From positions 2,460,001-2,492,000 of the forward strand of contig NZ_LT549890.1 in NCBI RefSeq assembly GCF_900079115.1: a stretch of DNA of 32,000 bases, written 5' to 3'. Below the pieces are notes generated by a model. The model was not told the DNA's origin, searched no databases, and saw nothing but the letters and a program-made list of their open reading frames with translations. Position 1 is the first letter of the stretch. Each line of letters begins with the position of its first letter. Positions 30,356 to 32,000 of the stretch are shown one piece after another. A program made the position numbers and the translations under genes. The stretch is from Saccharolobus solfataricus (GTDB lineage Archaea > Thermoproteota > Thermoprotei_A > Sulfolobales > Sulfolobaceae).

Positions 30356-30490
30356 TGATATTATATGGAAACGAAGATAATAACAATTCAATTTGTAAAT
30401 ATTCAATATGCTAACAAAGCAGTTTGCAATGTAAAATTTTAATATAAAAATTTTTAAGGTATAGCTCACATTCTAAACTAGGTAATTAGT

Positions 30491-31465
30491 ATGGCTAGGG
30501 GAATACCAATTATCAAGCGTGATGACCTTATATTTGCTATTAAACTCTTAAGAAGGATGAGAGATCCAAAAACTAGGTTTGATGAGAAAGAATTTATGAA
30601 AAGTGGAAGAGATTATTTGTACAACTACGCTGAGAAAAATGTAGGTCCCCTTGATCCTAGCAGAAGAGCTTTCCTAAAAGGTATACTCATAGGTATAGGA
30701 GCCGCAGCAGTATTAAGTGCAATTCCAGTCATTTCATATCTCAATCAACCAGAAATAAGTTTGAAACAATTTCCTTGGGTAATTATAGTCGACTCCAGTG
30801 GCAATCCAATTAAAGCTTCACAAATTCCCGTGAATGACCCAGAGATATTATTGTTCGAATATCCAATGCAAGGCGATATAACCTTCATCTTAAACTTAGG
30901 TGATGAGAACGATAATCCTATAAAAGTTCCTCCGACTACTGTTGTTATTCCGGAAAATGGTAAGACTTATACTTTTCCTGGTGGGGTTGGACCCAATAAC
31001 TCAATAGTAGCTTTTTCAGCAATTTGCCAACATTTAGGTTGTACTCCACCTGAAATACACTTCTATCCTCCTAAGTATATGAAAGTTGGTTTGCCTACTC
31101 CCAATTTTTTACCACAAGTTGCACTTCAAGCAGCCCAACAAGCCAATGCCCCTGGAGTTATACACTGTGACTGTCACGGATCTACTTATGATCCTTATCA
31201 TGGTGCCTCAGTCCTTACTGGACCCACAGTTAGACCGTTACCGTACGTACAGTTGTATTGGGATTCTAATACTGATTACTTGTACGCAATAGGTATGAAC
31301 TTAAATGCTCCCACGATATTAGGACGTACTAACGATCTTTCAGGGTATGCGTATCTATCTTCATATGATGAATCAACTGGCTGTCCAAAAATGCTATTAC
31401 AATCTGGTCAAACACCTAGTAATTGCTACACTGAGCTTGAGAGCGCTGGAAACACCTACCAATGA
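30491..31465 (+). CDS. Rieske [2Fe-2S] protein with Tat-like signal anchor
   Basis: 324 aa. SRRAFLKGILIGIGAAAVL (twin-Arg plus TM). Box I CQHLGC and box II CDCHGS. Confidence 0.85.
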   Translation: MARGIPIIKRDDLIFAIKLLRRMRDPKTRFDEKEFMKSGRDYLYNYAEKNVGPLDPSRRAFLKGILIGIGAAAVLSAIPVISYLNQPEISLKQFPWVIIVDSSGNPIKASQIPVNDPEILLFEYPMQGDITFILNLGDENDNPIKVPPTTVVIPENGKTYTFPGGVGPNNSIVAFSAICQHLGCTPPEIHFYPPKYMKVGLPTPNFLPQVALQAAQQANAPGVIHCDCHGSTYDPYHGASVLTGPTVRPLPYVQLYWDSNTDYLYAIGMNLNAPTILGRTNDLSGYAYLSSYDESTGCPKMLLQSGQTPSNCYTELESAGNTYQ

Positions 31466-31490
31466 GGTGACAAGTTTGGGAGCTATAGAA

Positions 31491-31907
31491 ATGATGTATG
31501 AGAAATATATCCAGATGAGCAAGATGATGTCTAGAATGAACTATATGCCGGCTATCGCTGCTGGTGAGATAACAATATTACTAATCCTTTACGCTGGGGG
31601 TATGCTACTTGCTGTGTATAATCTTTCTCTTCAAGGAGTGCCTTTAATAATGCACTTATACGGTGCAATTCTCGTTGCGATATTAAGTGTAGGTTTACTT
31701 GCTTCGGCAGTAAGTTATAAGGATAAGGGCGCAATTATGCTCTCATTTTTAAATGTTCTCTCGGTTCTTTTAGCAGCCTTTGCTGGGTCGTTTTATTTTG
31801 GAGGTGTAATAGACGTGAGCTATTTGCTCGAAATGGGAATGGGTTTTGTATTTGCACTTATAACCGCTTCTGGCTGTTTAGTATATAGTATTAGAAGAGG
31901 TGAGTAG
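31491..31907 (+). CDS. Four-TM membrane protein downstream of the Rieske gene
   Basis: The track ORF begins at 31347, inside the Rieske gene. GGTGA at 31466-31470 follows the Rieske stop. Candidate starts are TTG 31476 or ATG 31491 (MMYEKYIQ...). Four hydrophobic helices. No family recognised. Confidence 0.5.
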   Translation: MMYEKYIQMSKMMSRMNYMPAIAAGEITILLILYAGGMLLAVYNLSLQGVPLIMHLYGAILVAILSVGLLASAVSYKDKGAIMLSFLNVLSVLLAAFAGSFYFGGVIDVSYLLEMGMGFVFALITASGCLVYSIRRGE

Positions 31908-31908
31908 A

Positions 31909-32000
31909 TTGGCAGTTTCACAATCTAGAATAAGACCAAGTAGGTTGATGTTATATATATCACTAACTGAAACTATACTTTTAGCTGGATTATTTTATGC
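31909..32000 (+). CDS. Partial ORF (5' end only), probable membrane protein
   Basis: GGTGAG lies 4 nt upstream of TTG 31909. It reads (M)AVSQSRIRPSRLMLYISLTETILLAGLFY... with no stop to the window end. An alternative ATG is at 31948. Confidence 0.3.
   Translation, partial: MAVSQSRIRPSRLMLYISLTETILLAGLFY

Noticed and set aside
30137-30358. 73-aa plus-strand ORF
   Set aside because: It lies antisense to the IS1-like remnant. The product is Pro/Thr/Ser/Ile-rich with no recognisable family.
31086-31734. ORFs 31086-31292 (+), 31347-31490 (+, 5' part of the track ORF) and 31552-31734 (-)
   Set aside because: They are out of frame within the Rieske gene or antisense to the 4-TM gene. The 5' extension of the 31347 ORF overlaps the Rieske C-terminus and precedes the GGTGA motif.

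Overview
AT-rich archaeal chromosomal segment, densely coding on both strands. It shows GGTGA/GGAGG-type ribosome-binding motifs and many 1-11 nt start/stop overlaps. Gene content and order look like Sulfolobales, and from memory most like Saccharolobus/Sulfolobus solfataricus-islandicus; I cannot verify this here. The marker genes are a rubredoxin-less rubrerythrin (sulerythrin), copR-copM-copA, soxABCD quinol oxidase and a CutABC-like Mo hydroxylase.

Modules from left to right:
(1) 1-5583: divergent acyl/aryl-CoA cluster. It holds an R2-like di-iron protein, a PaaI-type thioesterase and two crotonases, facing thiolase-DUF35-PaaK-like ligase.
(2) 5640-11756: sulfur-trafficking island. It holds DsrE-like, TusA-like, SQR-like flavoprotein, a second DsrE-like, a 4x-repeat DUF1641-type protein, a NifX-like protein, a small wHTH protein, a rhodanese and a divergent SelD-like PurM-superfamily protein.
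(3) 11962-15548: three-subunit Mo hydroxylase that does not carry the CODH active-site signature.
(4) 15671-16460: paralogous Roadblock-like pair.
(5) 16543-18723: sulerythrin / HdrD-GlpC-like Fe-S protein / conserved hypothetical operon.
(6) 19360-21695: ABC-2 exporter plus an HTH/C2H2 protein.
(7) 21778-24766: copper-resistance cluster, including a 56-aa CopM ORF absent from the supplied track.
(8) 24778-25437: PAP2 phosphatase.
(9) 25653-29691: soxABCD plus two tiny membrane ORFs.
(10) 30047-30355: IS1-like transposase remnant.
(11) 30491-32000: divergent Rieske protein plus membrane proteins.

I found no rRNA, tRNA, CRISPR array or intact mobile element. The best candidate for an undescribed system is the rhodanese / SelD-like (Cys-x2-Lys retained) pair, embedded in the DsrE-TusA island and directly abutting a Mo hydroxylase that has no XdhC/CoxF-type maturation gene in the window. 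All product calls rest on by-eye motif recognition, not on searches.
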